Assembly (NCBI GenBank): GCA_963823035.1
Contig: CAWGKG010000010.1
Coordinates: 224,001 to 288,000, forward strand
Direction of reading: 5' to 3'
Length of the DNA: 64,000 nt
Origin: an uncultured Gemmatimonadales bacterium
GTDB lineage: Bacteria > Gemmatimonadota > Gemmatimonadetes > Longimicrobiales > Gaopeijiaceae
Shown here one piece after another: positions 21,311-30,530 of this stretch. The number at the start of each line of letters is the position of its first letter. Within the stretch, counting starts at the first letter, position 1. Both the position numbers and the translations under genes were made by a program. A model generated the notes under the pieces. It worked only from the letters and a program-made list of their open reading frames with translations. It did no database searches and had not been told where the DNA came from.

Positions 21311-22690
21311 ATGACGAGATCCGCCGCGTTGCGCCTTTCCATGGCCGTCTGTCTCGGCGCGTGGAGCCTCGTCCTCGGTGCCCCCTCCCCGGCCCGCAGT
21401 CAAGAAACCGCGCAGTCCGTGGCTCCGTGGCTGGACCTGCCGCCCGGATGGTCGCGCGCCGTCGAGAACGGCGTCGTCGTGGCCATGCCCGGGGACATCC
21501 CCGAGGGAGCCCAGTTCCTCCTCATGGTGGAAAGGGTACAGGCGGCTCCGGGAGAGATCTCCTCCGACTACGAGCAGGCTCTCCGCGATCTCGGGCCATG
21601 GACCCCCGTCGGAGCCCCCGTGGACCAACGGCCCGGGAGCCAATGGAGCTTCCGCCTGGGCGTCGGTGTGGCCAAGCTCAACGGGCGTACCTTCACGGGG
21701 CTGACGGCCGTGGCGCGACGGGACTCCCTGCGCGCCCGGTTCTGGGTGCTCGCGGATACGGACGACACCTACAACCGCTACCAGGCCGACTGCACCAACG
21801 CCATCGCCAGCGTTCAGGACTTCGACGTTGCCGCCGTGGCGGCTACGCGGGGGTCCGGGGCGCCGACGTCCGATCCGGTGGCGCCTGGAATGCGAAAAGG
21901 TCTGGGCTCGGGAACTCTGGACCCAGGCTTCGGCGAGGGGCTGAGCGGCGTCTACGCGGGGTGGACCCGCGGCCTCTCAGCCAGCGCCGGCGGCGGCGGT
22001 CTCGGTCCGACGTACGACACGCGCACCGGCACCGTGGGGTCCTCCGTCTCCGCCGCAAACCCCACCATGACGACTTCCATTACCGACTTCGAGGACCTGG
22101 TGCTGTTCCTGCCCGATGGGACGTTCCGCCAGGGGCTTCCTCTCCGCGGACTGGGGAGTGACCTGAGCTACGACCGACGGTCGATCCCGGCGCGCTGGGG
22201 CACATGGACGCAGGAGAACGGGCGCGTGGTGGTTCGACGCTCGGGAACCACCGCGGTCTACGGTGTGCGCGACGGCACGCTCGTGGACGGTCGTGACCGG
22301 CCCTGGGTCAAGGTGGCGCCTCCGGAGGCGCGGGCCATCGAGGGCACCTACGCCCGTGCCGATTACCGCGACCCCCGCGCCCCGCGACTGGTTCTGCGGG
22401 CGGATGGATCGTACGAGGATCGTGGGGGCTTCCTGCGTATGGTGAGCAGCGCGATGTCACTCGTGGTTCCCGACGGCGGCGCTCTCGTGAGGCAGGGGTC
22501 GGATGCGGAAGTCGCTCGCTGGCTCGGCCCGAGCAGGGGAACCTATGTGTTGCAGGACTTCACGTTGACCCTCCGCACCGACGACGGTCGCGTATGGCAG
22601 GTGAGCGCCCATGCCCCGGCGGGCGGGCCGCCTGCGAGCCCGGACGTGCTGGTGATCGGGACGTACCGCCTGGTCCGCGAGTCGCGGTGA
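21311..22690 (+). CDS. Hypothetical secreted protein with two similar beta-rich C-terminal modules
   Basis: Signal peptide ending PARSQ; coding-like codon pattern; no family recognised. Confidence 0.65.
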   Translation: MTRSAALRLSMAVCLGAWSLVLGAPSPARSQETAQSVAPWLDLPPGWSRAVENGVVVAMPGDIPEGAQFLLMVERVQAAPGEISSDYEQALRDLGPWTPVGAPVDQRPGSQWSFRLGVGVAKLNGRTFTGLTAVARRDSLRARFWVLADTDDTYNRYQADCTNAIASVQDFDVAAVAATRGSGAPTSDPVAPGMRKGLGSGTLDPGFGEGLSGVYAGWTRGLSASAGGGGLGPTYDTRTGTVGSSVSAANPTMTTSITDFEDLVLFLPDGTFRQGLPLRGLGSDLSYDRRSIPARWGTWTQENGRVVVRRSGTTAVYGVRDGTLVDGRDRPWVKVAPPEARAIEGTYARADYRDPRAPRLVLRADGSYEDRGGFLRMVSSAMSLVVPDGGALVRQGSDAEVARWLGPSRGTYVLQDFTLTLRTDDGRVWQVSAHAPAGGPPASPDVLVIGTYRLVRESR

Positions 22691-22723
22691 GAATCCGACG
22701 ACACTACCGGACCTGCCGCTCCG

Positions 22724-22933
22724 CTACCGGCGTAGCCTGAAGAACAGGATCGCGCCGAGGAGGCCGAATCCGATCGCGGTCTTCACCAGAGCGTCCCGGT
22801 CCCACGGCTGGGCGGGGTCCGGCTCGTGGGCGGACGCCTCCTGGTCCGTGTGGATGGAGCAGAACGCCGACCCCTCGGCCGCGTCGCGCTTGCAGCGCTC
22901 GCCTTTACGGGTCCTGCCTTGGCACTGTGCCAC
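22724..22933 (-). CDS. Small C3H zinc-finger-like protein (DUF5763-like) with C-terminal membrane anchor
   Basis: QCQGRTRKGERCKR...FCSIH; hydrophobic tail AIGFGLLGAILFF then RLRR; GGAGGTG RBS. Confidence 0.7.
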   Translation of the reverse strand: MAQCQGRTRKGERCKRDAAEGSAFCSIHTDQEASAHEPDPAQPWDRDALVKTAIGFGLLGAILFFRLRR

Positions 22934-23020
22934 GCGTCACCTCCTGCGGGTGGTTCGATCCTGTGCCTTGTACTACGGGAGATGGGGCCGCTCGGTTCAT
23001 CGGGCCGCCGCTCGGGACCG

Positions 23021-25606
23021 TCAGCCGTGGGGGACGTCCGCCAGGGATCGCAGCCGGAGGCGGCTCTCGAGGTCCGCCTCCGGCGTCTCCGGCGTGACCC
23101 GCACGCGCACGGTATCGCCAGGAAGGATGTGCACGTCGTTCGTCGAGAAACGCGCGCCCACGCCGTCGGCCGCGAGGCGGGCGGCGAACGCGAACCGATC
23201 GGCGGTGAAGGCCACCCGCCAGGCGTCGCCGTCGCGCTCGACGGAGACCACGCGCAGGCCGGGATCCGGGAGCGCGAGCTGCTTGGGCGGCACGAGGAAG
23301 GCCACGTCGCGGGCGAGAACGGAAGACGCCGCGGATCCGGCGTTCCTCCATGACGCGACCACGACGACGCGGCGGGGATCGACGTCGCCGGGGAGGAGCT
23401 GGGCGCGGGTTCCGCGCCACGCGAGACCGGGCGCCGACACCGGCGCCTCGAGCCGGGCGAGCTCGCGCCCCTCGAAGTCGAGGGCGCGCACCTCGAGCAC
23501 CCCCGCGACGGCCGTGTCCGACGCGATCCACACCGCCAGCGTGTCCGCCCACCGGTCGGCGAGCACCGCCACCGGCGCGAAGACGCGCGCCGCCTCGTAC
23601 TGGAGCGCCTTCCACCGTCCGAGCACGTCCACGCTGGACCACGACACCACGGGCCAGGTGTCGTTCAGCTGCCAGAACAGCGTCCCGCCCGTGCGGGGCC
23701 ACGAGCGCCGGTGCGCCTCCAGCGCGAGGCCCACGCCCGCCGCCTGGGCGAGCTGGCTCACGTAGCTCCAGGCGTCGAGCGAGTCGTCCGGGGGGACGGG
23801 CCAGTCGCGCTCGAGGTACGTGCGGATCGTCTCGAGGCCCGTGGCGTGCTTCTCGTGGGCACGGAGCACCGGGTCGGACAGCCGCGTCGGTGCGGGATCG
23901 CCGAACGCGGCCACGGTGACCGGGTCGGGCAGCGCCTGGAAGCCGAACTCGCTGGCGAAGCGGGGGACCTTGTCCGCGTACACGCGGAACGGCTCCATCC
24001 CCCACCACACGCCCCAGTAGTGGCTGTCGCCCTCGACCAGGCTCTCGGGGTGACCCCACCCGATCCGGGGGGAGGTCGGCACGTAGCTCGTGCCGGGATC
24101 CTCCGCGCGCACGACCGTGGGCAGCACGTCCTCGAAGATCCTGCGGTACGCGGCGGCCACGCGCTCGGCATCCTCCGGCGTGTACGCGTCGCGCCACCCC
24201 CAGTTGGCCCAACCTTCCGCGATCTCGTTGTTGCCGCACCAGAGCGCGAGGCTGGGGTGCCTGCGCAGGCGGCGCACCTGGTCGTGCGCCTCCGCCTCCA
24301 CCGAGGCGACGAAAGCCGTGTCCTCCGGCACCAGGGTGTTGGCGAACATGAAGTCCTGCCACACCAGGAGGCCGCGCGCGTCCGCGAGGTCGTAGAAGAC
24401 GTCCGGGAGGTACACGCCGCCGCCCCAGACACGGAGCATGTTCATGTTCGCGCGCACCGCGTCGTCCACGAGGCGCGCGTAGGTCGCGGAGTCCGCGCGC
24501 GGCGTGAAGTGGTCGGGGGGCACCACGTTGGCGCCCCGCGCGAACACGGGTCGGCCGTTCACCTCGAAGCGGAAGCTCTCGCCCACGGAGTCGGCTTCCG
24601 TGACGAGCGTCACCGTGCGCAGGCCGATGTGGCGGGTCGCCCGGTCCCACCGGCGCCCGAGGACGGCGTCGATCTCCACGTCGTAGCGGCGGCCGGGCTC
24701 CTCCCCCATCCCCCGCGGCCACCAGCGTCGGGCGGACGGAACGGTCAGCGTCACGGTCGTCCGGGTGGTGCGCGACGGAGGGGGCGCCGGCACGTCACCG
24801 ACGACGGCGGCGAAGTCGCCATCGGGGCTGCGCACACCGAGGCGGACGGTGCCTCCGGAGTCGGGGGTCGCCGCCAGCTCCACGGCGAGGCTTACGCGTG
24901 CCGTGTCGCCGCTCCAGTCGACACGCTCGACGTGGGCGTCCACCACGCGCACGCCGCTCCACGCTTCGAGCCGGACGGGTCGCCCTATCCCGCTCGTGAC
25001 GTAGCGCGGGCCCCAGTCCCAGCCGAACGCGTAGGCGGCCTTCCGGACGAACGCCCTCGTCCCGCTCGTGTCGGGCTCCTGGTGGGGGATGGGCCAGGGA
25101 TGCTCGGCCGCCCGTGCCCGGCCGACGCGCACCGGGGAGGCGAAGCGAACCTCGAGCGTGTTCGCGCCGGCCCGCAGCGCGTCGCGCACATCCACGCGCC
25201 AGGTGCGGAACTCGTTGTCGGCCGCGAGGACGCTCCGCCCGTTCAGCACGACGTCCGCGTAGGTGTCGAGTCCCTCGAAGACCAACGCGACGGAGCGCTC
25301 CTCGAGGAGGCGGGGGTCGACCTCGAAATCGCGCCGGTAGACCCAATCCTCCCGCTCGATCCAGGCGAGCTCGGCCTCGTGGTCTCCCGTCAGGGGATCC
25401 GGGATCCTCCCGGCCGCCAGCAGGTCCGTGTGGACCGTGCCGGGTACGGTGGCGGGCGTCCACGTGGAATCGGAGGCTGCGCGCATGCGCCACGGCCCCC
25501 CGAGGTCGACGACCCGCACCGCGGGACGGGGCCGGGGTCCGCAGGCCGCCGCGCCCGTGAGCGACAGGGCCGCGAGCGCCGTCGCGGCGGCGCGGCGAAG
25601 CCTCAT
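23021..25606 (-). CDS. GH2 beta-mannosidase, probable lipoprotein
   Basis: ATG 25606 overlapping the GH92 stop; VPGTVHTDL, FEGLDTYA, FGWDWGP, NMLRVWGGG, WQDFMFA, WCGNNE, SEFGFQ, WQLNDTWP. Confidence 0.93.
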   Translation of the reverse strand: MRLRRAAATALAALSLTGAAACGPRPRPAVRVVDLGGPWRMRAASDSTWTPATVPGTVHTDLLAAGRIPDPLTGDHEAELAWIEREDWVYRRDFEVDPRLLEERSVALVFEGLDTYADVVLNGRSVLAADNEFRTWRVDVRDALRAGANTLEVRFASPVRVGRARAAEHPWPIPHQEPDTSGTRAFVRKAAYAFGWDWGPRYVTSGIGRPVRLEAWSGVRVVDAHVERVDWSGDTARVSLAVELAATPDSGGTVRLGVRSPDGDFAAVVGDVPAPPPSRTTRTTVTLTVPSARRWWPRGMGEEPGRRYDVEIDAVLGRRWDRATRHIGLRTVTLVTEADSVGESFRFEVNGRPVFARGANVVPPDHFTPRADSATYARLVDDAVRANMNMLRVWGGGVYLPDVFYDLADARGLLVWQDFMFANTLVPEDTAFVASVEAEAHDQVRRLRRHPSLALWCGNNEIAEGWANWGWRDAYTPEDAERVAAAYRRIFEDVLPTVVRAEDPGTSYVPTSPRIGWGHPESLVEGDSHYWGVWWGMEPFRVYADKVPRFASEFGFQALPDPVTVAAFGDPAPTRLSDPVLRAHEKHATGLETIRTYLERDWPVPPDDSLDAWSYVSQLAQAAGVGLALEAHRRSWPRTGGTLFWQLNDTWPVVSWSSVDVLGRWKALQYEAARVFAPVAVLADRWADTLAVWIASDTAVAGVLEVRALDFEGRELARLEAPVSAPGLAWRGTRAQLLPGDVDPRRVVVVASWRNAGSAASSVLARDVAFLVPPKQLALPDPGLRVVSVERDGDAWRVAFTADRFAFAARLAADGVGARFSTNDVHILPGDTVRVRVTPETPEADLESRLRLRSLADVPHG

Positions 25607-27933
25607 CGGCGCGCGGCGGCCTCCGCGCTCGCCCGCGCCTCGACGACGTCGCGGGCGTCCGAATCGGAAGGCGGTCGCTGCCAGAGCGGCTTCCCCCATG
25701 CGGGATCGGGCGTGGCGCCGAGCGTGATCTCCAGCGACCCGCCCGCCGCGACGTCGGCGTGGCGCACGTACGTGAACGGCCACGGACGACCGTTCAGGCG
25801 CACCGACCGCACGTAGCGGTCGTCGGGGCCGGAGCGGACCGCCCGCACCACGAACGTCCCGCCCTGCACGCGCAGCCGCGCCATGTCGAAGCGCGGTACG
25901 CCGAGGACGTACACGCCCGACGACGGATCGGCGGGATAGAAGCCGAGGGCGCTGAAGACGTACCAGGCGGACATCTGCCCGCAGTCCTCGTTGCCGGCCA
26001 GGCCGTCCGGCGCGGCGCGGTACTGGGTGTCGAGGATCTGCCGCACGCGGTCGGCGGTCCGGTCGGGCCTCCCCGCCCACGCGTACAGGTAGGCGATGTG
26101 GTGGCTCGGCTCGTTGCCGTGCGCGTACTGGCCGATGAGGCCGGAGATGTCCGGGGAGGCATCGTCTCCGACCACGACGGTGTCCTGGTCGAAGAGGGCG
26201 TCCAGGTGGCGCACGAACGCCTCGTCGCCCCCCATCGCACGCACCAGGGCCTCGGCGTCCTGGGGGACGAACCACGAGTGCTGCCAGGCGTTGCCCTCGG
26301 TGTAGTCCGTGTTCACGCGGTGATCGGAGCGGAGGGGGTCGAAGGGCTCCACCCAGCTGTCGTCCGCGTGCCGCCCGCGCATGAAGCCGGTCGACGCGTC
26401 GTAGACGTTGCGCCATCCACGCGAGCGCGAGAGGAAGCGCTCCGCGGTCTCGTCGTCACCGACCGCGGCGGCCAACCGCGCCACCGCCGCATCGTCGTAG
26501 GCGTACTCGAGCGTCTTCGTGACCGCTTCCACGCCCAGCTCGGAGGGGACGAAGCCGTAGCGGGCGAAGTCGTCCACGTCGCGAAGGGAGGAGGACTGGC
26601 TCTCCACGGCTGCCCTGAGCGCCTCTTCGGGATCCACCCCCGCGAGCCCCTTGAGCACGGCGTCGACCAGGACGGGCACGGCATGGTTCCCCGTCATCGT
26701 GTTCGTCTCGTTGCCCACGAGGGACCAGACGGGGAGGAGCCCGTGCTCACGGCGGAAAGCGAGCATGGAGGCCACCAGGTCGTGGACGCGGCCCGGGTCG
26801 AGGAGGGTGTTGAGGGGATGCGCGGCGCGGAAGGTGTCCCACAGCGAGAAGATCGAGTGGTTGACGAAGCCCTCGGCGTGGTGGATGCGTGCGTCGCCGC
26901 CGCGGTAGCGGCCGTCCACGTCCTCGAAGAGCACGGGAGCCAGGCGGGTGTGGTAGAGCGCGGTGTAGAAGACGGCCTGGTCGTCGGGCGTGCCGCCCGT
27001 GACGAGGACCTTCGAGAGCTCGGATTCCCACGCGTGCGCGGCCCGGGTGCGGGCGGCCTCGAAGTCCCACCCGGGAGCCTCGGCGCGGAGGTTGGCCAGC
27101 GCGCCGGCCTCGTCCACATACGAGATCGCGACCTTGATCAGGAGGGGCTCGTCCGGGGAAGTGGGTGCGAAGCGCAGGAGGGCCCGCGTCCGCGGCGCGT
27201 CGAAGGCGCGCTCCACGGCACGCACGGGCCGGGAGGTGGCGAGCGCGAAGAAGACGCGCTCGTCGTCGGCCCAGCCGCGGCTGTAGCGCAGACCCGTGAA
27301 GAGCGTGTCGGCGACCTGCACCAGCTCGGTGCGCGTGGGCGCGTCCCAGTTCTCGCTGAAGCCCAGGTCGACCACCAGCCCGGCGTCGGCGCCCTCCGGG
27401 TAGCGCACCCGGTGCAGACCGACGCGGGGTGTGGCCGTGAGCTCCACCTCGATGCCGCTCCGCTGGAGGATCACGGCGTAGTAGCCGGGCTCGGCGTGCT
27501 CGTGCTCGTGGCTCAGCCGATCCGCGTAGGGACGCGTACCGTCCGCAAGGCGGTCCATCGAGAGGTCGACGTCGCCCGCCACGGGCATGACCAGCACGTC
27601 GAGGAGGTCGCCGATGCCGGTGCCGCTCAGGTGCGTGTGGCTGAAGCCCGTGAGCACGGAGTCCGACGCGTGGTAGCCCGAGCACCAGTCCCACCCCGAG
27701 CGGCCGTTGTCGGGACTCACCTGCACCATGCCGAAGGGGACGGTGGCGCCCGGATAGGTGTGGCCGTGGCCGCCCGTGCCGATGAAGGGATCCACCAGCG
27801 GCGACAGGCGGCGCTCGGTGAGGCGCGTGGGGCGGTCCGGGGCCGCGCACGCGGTGGACAGGGCCGCGACCCCGAGAAGCGCGAGGGTGAGGCGGCGACC
27901 CCGGGCGGCGGCCCCCGCGGCGGCGGGGCTCAT
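25603..27933 (-). CDS. GH92 alpha-1,2-mannosidase family, probable lipoprotein
   Basis: VDPFIGTGGHGHTYPGA, FSHTHLSGTG, SLWDTFRA, KTLEYAYDD, YTEGNAWQ, HGNEPSHH, GNEDCGQMSAW. Confidence 0.95.
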   Translation of the reverse strand: MSPAAAGAAARGRRLTLALLGVAALSTACAAPDRPTRLTERRLSPLVDPFIGTGGHGHTYPGATVPFGMVQVSPDNGRSGWDWCSGYHASDSVLTGFSHTHLSGTGIGDLLDVLVMPVAGDVDLSMDRLADGTRPYADRLSHEHEHAEPGYYAVILQRSGIEVELTATPRVGLHRVRYPEGADAGLVVDLGFSENWDAPTRTELVQVADTLFTGLRYSRGWADDERVFFALATSRPVRAVERAFDAPRTRALLRFAPTSPDEPLLIKVAISYVDEAGALANLRAEAPGWDFEAARTRAAHAWESELSKVLVTGGTPDDQAVFYTALYHTRLAPVLFEDVDGRYRGGDARIHHAEGFVNHSIFSLWDTFRAAHPLNTLLDPGRVHDLVASMLAFRREHGLLPVWSLVGNETNTMTGNHAVPVLVDAVLKGLAGVDPEEALRAAVESQSSSLRDVDDFARYGFVPSELGVEAVTKTLEYAYDDAAVARLAAAVGDDETAERFLSRSRGWRNVYDASTGFMRGRHADDSWVEPFDPLRSDHRVNTDYTEGNAWQHSWFVPQDAEALVRAMGGDEAFVRHLDALFDQDTVVVGDDASPDISGLIGQYAHGNEPSHHIAYLYAWAGRPDRTADRVRQILDTQYRAAPDGLAGNEDCGQMSAWYVFSALGFYPADPSSGVYVLGVPRFDMARLRVQGGTFVVRAVRSGPDDRYVRSVRLNGRPWPFTYVRHADVAAGGSLEITLGATPDPAWGKPLWQRPPSDSDARDVVEARASAEAAARR

Positions 27934-29399
27934 GCGCGCACCAGCTGCGGACGCTCGTCCAGCACGGTCAGGACGAGCTCACCGAAGAGCGTGTTCGCCC
28001 AGGCGAACCACGAGCGGGTGAAGTCGGCGGGGTTGTCCTTGTGGAAGGACTCGTGCATGAACCCGGTCCCGGCGTCGGTGTGCGACAGCGTGCGAAGCAC
28101 GTCGGCGATCTCGGTGTCGGAGGTGCTCGTGAGCGCCTGCATGATGAGCCCCAGGTGCCAGATGCGGTCCGGCCCGGCGTGCGGGCCGCCCACGCCCTCG
28201 GCGGCGCTGCCCCGGAAGAACCAGGGATCGTGCTCCGAGAGCACGAAGGAGCGCGTGCGCAGGTAGAGGGGGTCGTCCTTCGCGCACACGCCGAGGTAGG
28301 GGAGGGAGAGGAGGCTCGGCACGTTGGCGTCGTCCATGTGGAGGCGGTTGCCGAACCCGTCCACCTCGTACGCCCACACCATGCCCAGGTCCGGGTGACG
28401 GACCCGGGCGTACGTGGCGAGCGCACCCTCCACCTCGTCGGCGAGCGCGCGGCAGCGCACGGCGAAGGCCGCGCCCAGTCCCAGCGGCTCGGCCATGTCC
28501 GCGAGCTGGCGCAGCGACACGACCGCGAAGTGGTTCGAGGGGACGAGGAAGGGGAAGATCGTGGCGTCGTCGGACGGCCTGAAGATCGACACGATCATCC
28601 CCACCGGCCGGATGGGGTTTCCGTAGCCGCCACCGGCGACGGTGTCCGTCTGCCACCCCGTGACGCGCTGGAACTTGTAGGGCCCGTGGCCGTCCTTGCG
28701 CTGCTGCTCGACGAAGGTCTCGAGCACGAGGCGCATCGCCTCCCGCCACGCGTCGTCGAAGGGCGAGGCGTCGCCCGTGAGCCTCCAGTAGCGATGCGCC
28801 AGGCGGATGGGATAGCAGAGCGAGTCGACCTCCCACTTCCGCTCGTGCAGCTCCGGCTTCATGTCGGTGAGGTCGTCCTTCCAGGGACTCTCGGCCGGCT
28901 CCTTGTAGAAGGCGTTCGCGTACGGATCGACGAGGATGCAGCGCGTCTGCCGGTTCACCACCCCCGCGACCAGGCGGCGCAGCTCCCCGTCGTCCGCCAT
29001 GAGCGGGAGGTACGGCCATACCTGGGCGCTCGAGTCCCGCAGCCACATCGCGTCGATGTCGCCGGTGATGACGAAGGTGTCGGGGCGGCCGTCCACCTCG
29101 GAGAAGTCGACCGTGGTGTCGAGCGTGTTCGGGAAGCAGTTCTCGAAGAGCGACGCGAGCTTCGGGTCCGCCACCTCGCGCCGGACGCGCTCGATGGCGC
29201 GCTCGACGGCTTCGCTCGTGAAGCGCCGCTCGGCGAGCGGTGGGCGCCCGCCGCGCTCCTGGCGACGGCGGAGGGTCGGCGCCGCCGCGGCGTCGACGAT
29301 CGGGCCCAGGCCCACGGCCGCACCGCCCAGCGTGGCGGCGGCGCGGCGCAGGAACGCCCGGCGGTCCGGATTCGCGTCGGAAGAGGGTGCGCGGGCCAT
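27930..29399 (-). CDS. GH125 exo-alpha-1,6-mannosidase with Tat signal
   Basis: ATG 29399; DRRAFL Tat motif; FENCFPNTLDTT, ITGDIDAMWLRDS, ERKWEVDSL, FRPSDD, MDDANVPSLL, FTRSWFAWAN. Confidence 0.95.
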   Translation of the reverse strand: MARAPSSDANPDRRAFLRRAAATLGGAAVGLGPIVDAAAAPTLRRRQERGGRPPLAERRFTSEAVERAIERVRREVADPKLASLFENCFPNTLDTTVDFSEVDGRPDTFVITGDIDAMWLRDSSAQVWPYLPLMADDGELRRLVAGVVNRQTRCILVDPYANAFYKEPAESPWKDDLTDMKPELHERKWEVDSLCYPIRLAHRYWRLTGDASPFDDAWREAMRLVLETFVEQQRKDGHGPYKFQRVTGWQTDTVAGGGYGNPIRPVGMIVSIFRPSDDATIFPFLVPSNHFAVVSLRQLADMAEPLGLGAAFAVRCRALADEVEGALATYARVRHPDLGMVWAYEVDGFGNRLHMDDANVPSLLSLPYLGVCAKDDPLYLRTRSFVLSEHDPWFFRGSAAEGVGGPHAGPDRIWHLGLIMQALTSTSDTEIADVLRTLSHTDAGTGFMHESFHKDNPADFTRSWFAWANTLFGELVLTVLDERPQLVRA

Positions 29400-29406
29400 G
29401 GGTCGC

Positions 29407-30393
29407 CTATCGATACGGATCGTCGGTCGCGAGGTGGTGCTCCACGTAGTCCGCCACGCCTTCCTCGACGGTGCGGAAGGGCCGGTCGTACCCTGCGGAC
29501 CGCAGCCGACCCATCTCCGCCTGCGTGAAGTACTGGTAGCGGTCGCGGATCTCCTCCGGCGTGTCCTTCCACGCCACCTCCAGCTCGTGGCCCACGGCGG
29601 CGTACAGCGCACCCATGAGCTCGAGCCACGTCTGGGCGCGGCCGGTGCCGAGGTTGTACAGGCCGCTCGCGGGCTGGTGGTCCATGAGCCAGAGCATCAC
29701 GTCGACGCAGTCCTTCACGTAGACGAAGTCGCGCTTCTGGCCCCCGTCCGGATAGTCGGGGTGGTGCGAGCGGAAGAGGGTCGCCGGCTCCCCGCGCGCG
29801 GCCGCGGGATAGGCGCGTGTCACGACGCTCATCATCTCGCCTTTGTGGTACTCGTTGGGGCCGTAGACGTTGAAGAACTTGAGCCCGTACCAGTGGCGCG
29901 GCGCCGGCCCCTTCCCGCCGACCTGGCGGACCACCCAACGGTCGAAGACGTGCTTGCTCCACCCGTAGGCGTTCATCGGCACGAGCCGGGCGAGCGCCTC
30001 CGCGGCGTTGTCGTCGTCGAAGCCGGCGGAGCCGTCGCCGTACGTCGCCGCCGAGGACGCGTAGATCAACGGCACGCCGTGCTGCGCGCACCACCGCCAG
30101 AGGCGCTGCGACAGCCGGATGTTCGTCTCGGCGATGAGGTCCGCGTCCGTCTCCGTGGTCGCGGAGATCGCGCCCATGTGCACCACGTGCGTGATGTCGT
30201 GCACGCGGCGGTGGAGGAATTCCTCGACGCCGTCCGGGTCCACGAGCTCGTCGAGCTCGCGCCGACGCAGGTTCTTCCACTTGTCGTCTCGGCCGAGCCG
30301 GTCCACGACCGAGACGGGGCCCCGTCCCGCCTCCTGGAGGCCGGCGACGAGATTCGAGCCGATGAAGCCGGCTCCTCCGGTGACGACGATCAT
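29407..30393 (-). CDS. hldD: ADP-L-glycero-D-manno-heptose 6-epimerase
   Basis: MIVVTGGAGFIGSNL, HMGAISATTE, YASSAATYG, YGWSK, FFNVYGPNEYHKG, RDFVYVKD, YQYFTQA. Confidence 0.92.
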   Translation of the reverse strand: MIVVTGGAGFIGSNLVAGLQEAGRGPVSVVDRLGRDDKWKNLRRRELDELVDPDGVEEFLHRRVHDITHVVHMGAISATTETDADLIAETNIRLSQRLWRWCAQHGVPLIYASSAATYGDGSAGFDDDNAAEALARLVPMNAYGWSKHVFDRWVVRQVGGKGPAPRHWYGLKFFNVYGPNEYHKGEMMSVVTRAYPAAARGEPATLFRSHHPDYPDGGQKRDFVYVKDCVDVMLWLMDHQPASGLYNLGTGRAQTWLELMGALYAAVGHELEVAWKDTPEEIRDRYQYFTQAEMGRLRSAGYDRPFRTVEEGVADYVEHHLATDDPYR

Positions 30394-30530
30394 CGTCCTC
30401 CCCTTCCGTGGGTTCGCCCGAGGGCGTCCGAGCGCCTTAGTCTACCATCGCGAACGTTCCCGGGCATTCGACGCGACCACGCAGGTCCGGTCGGGGACGT
30501 GGAGGACCCCACGCAACGCGAGGCGCGCGC

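Noticed and set aside
25607..26416. N-terminal extension of the GH2 ORF suggesting a 1131-aa protein
   Set aside because: Overlaps GH92 in another frame; the signal peptide and ATGA coupling place the start at 25606
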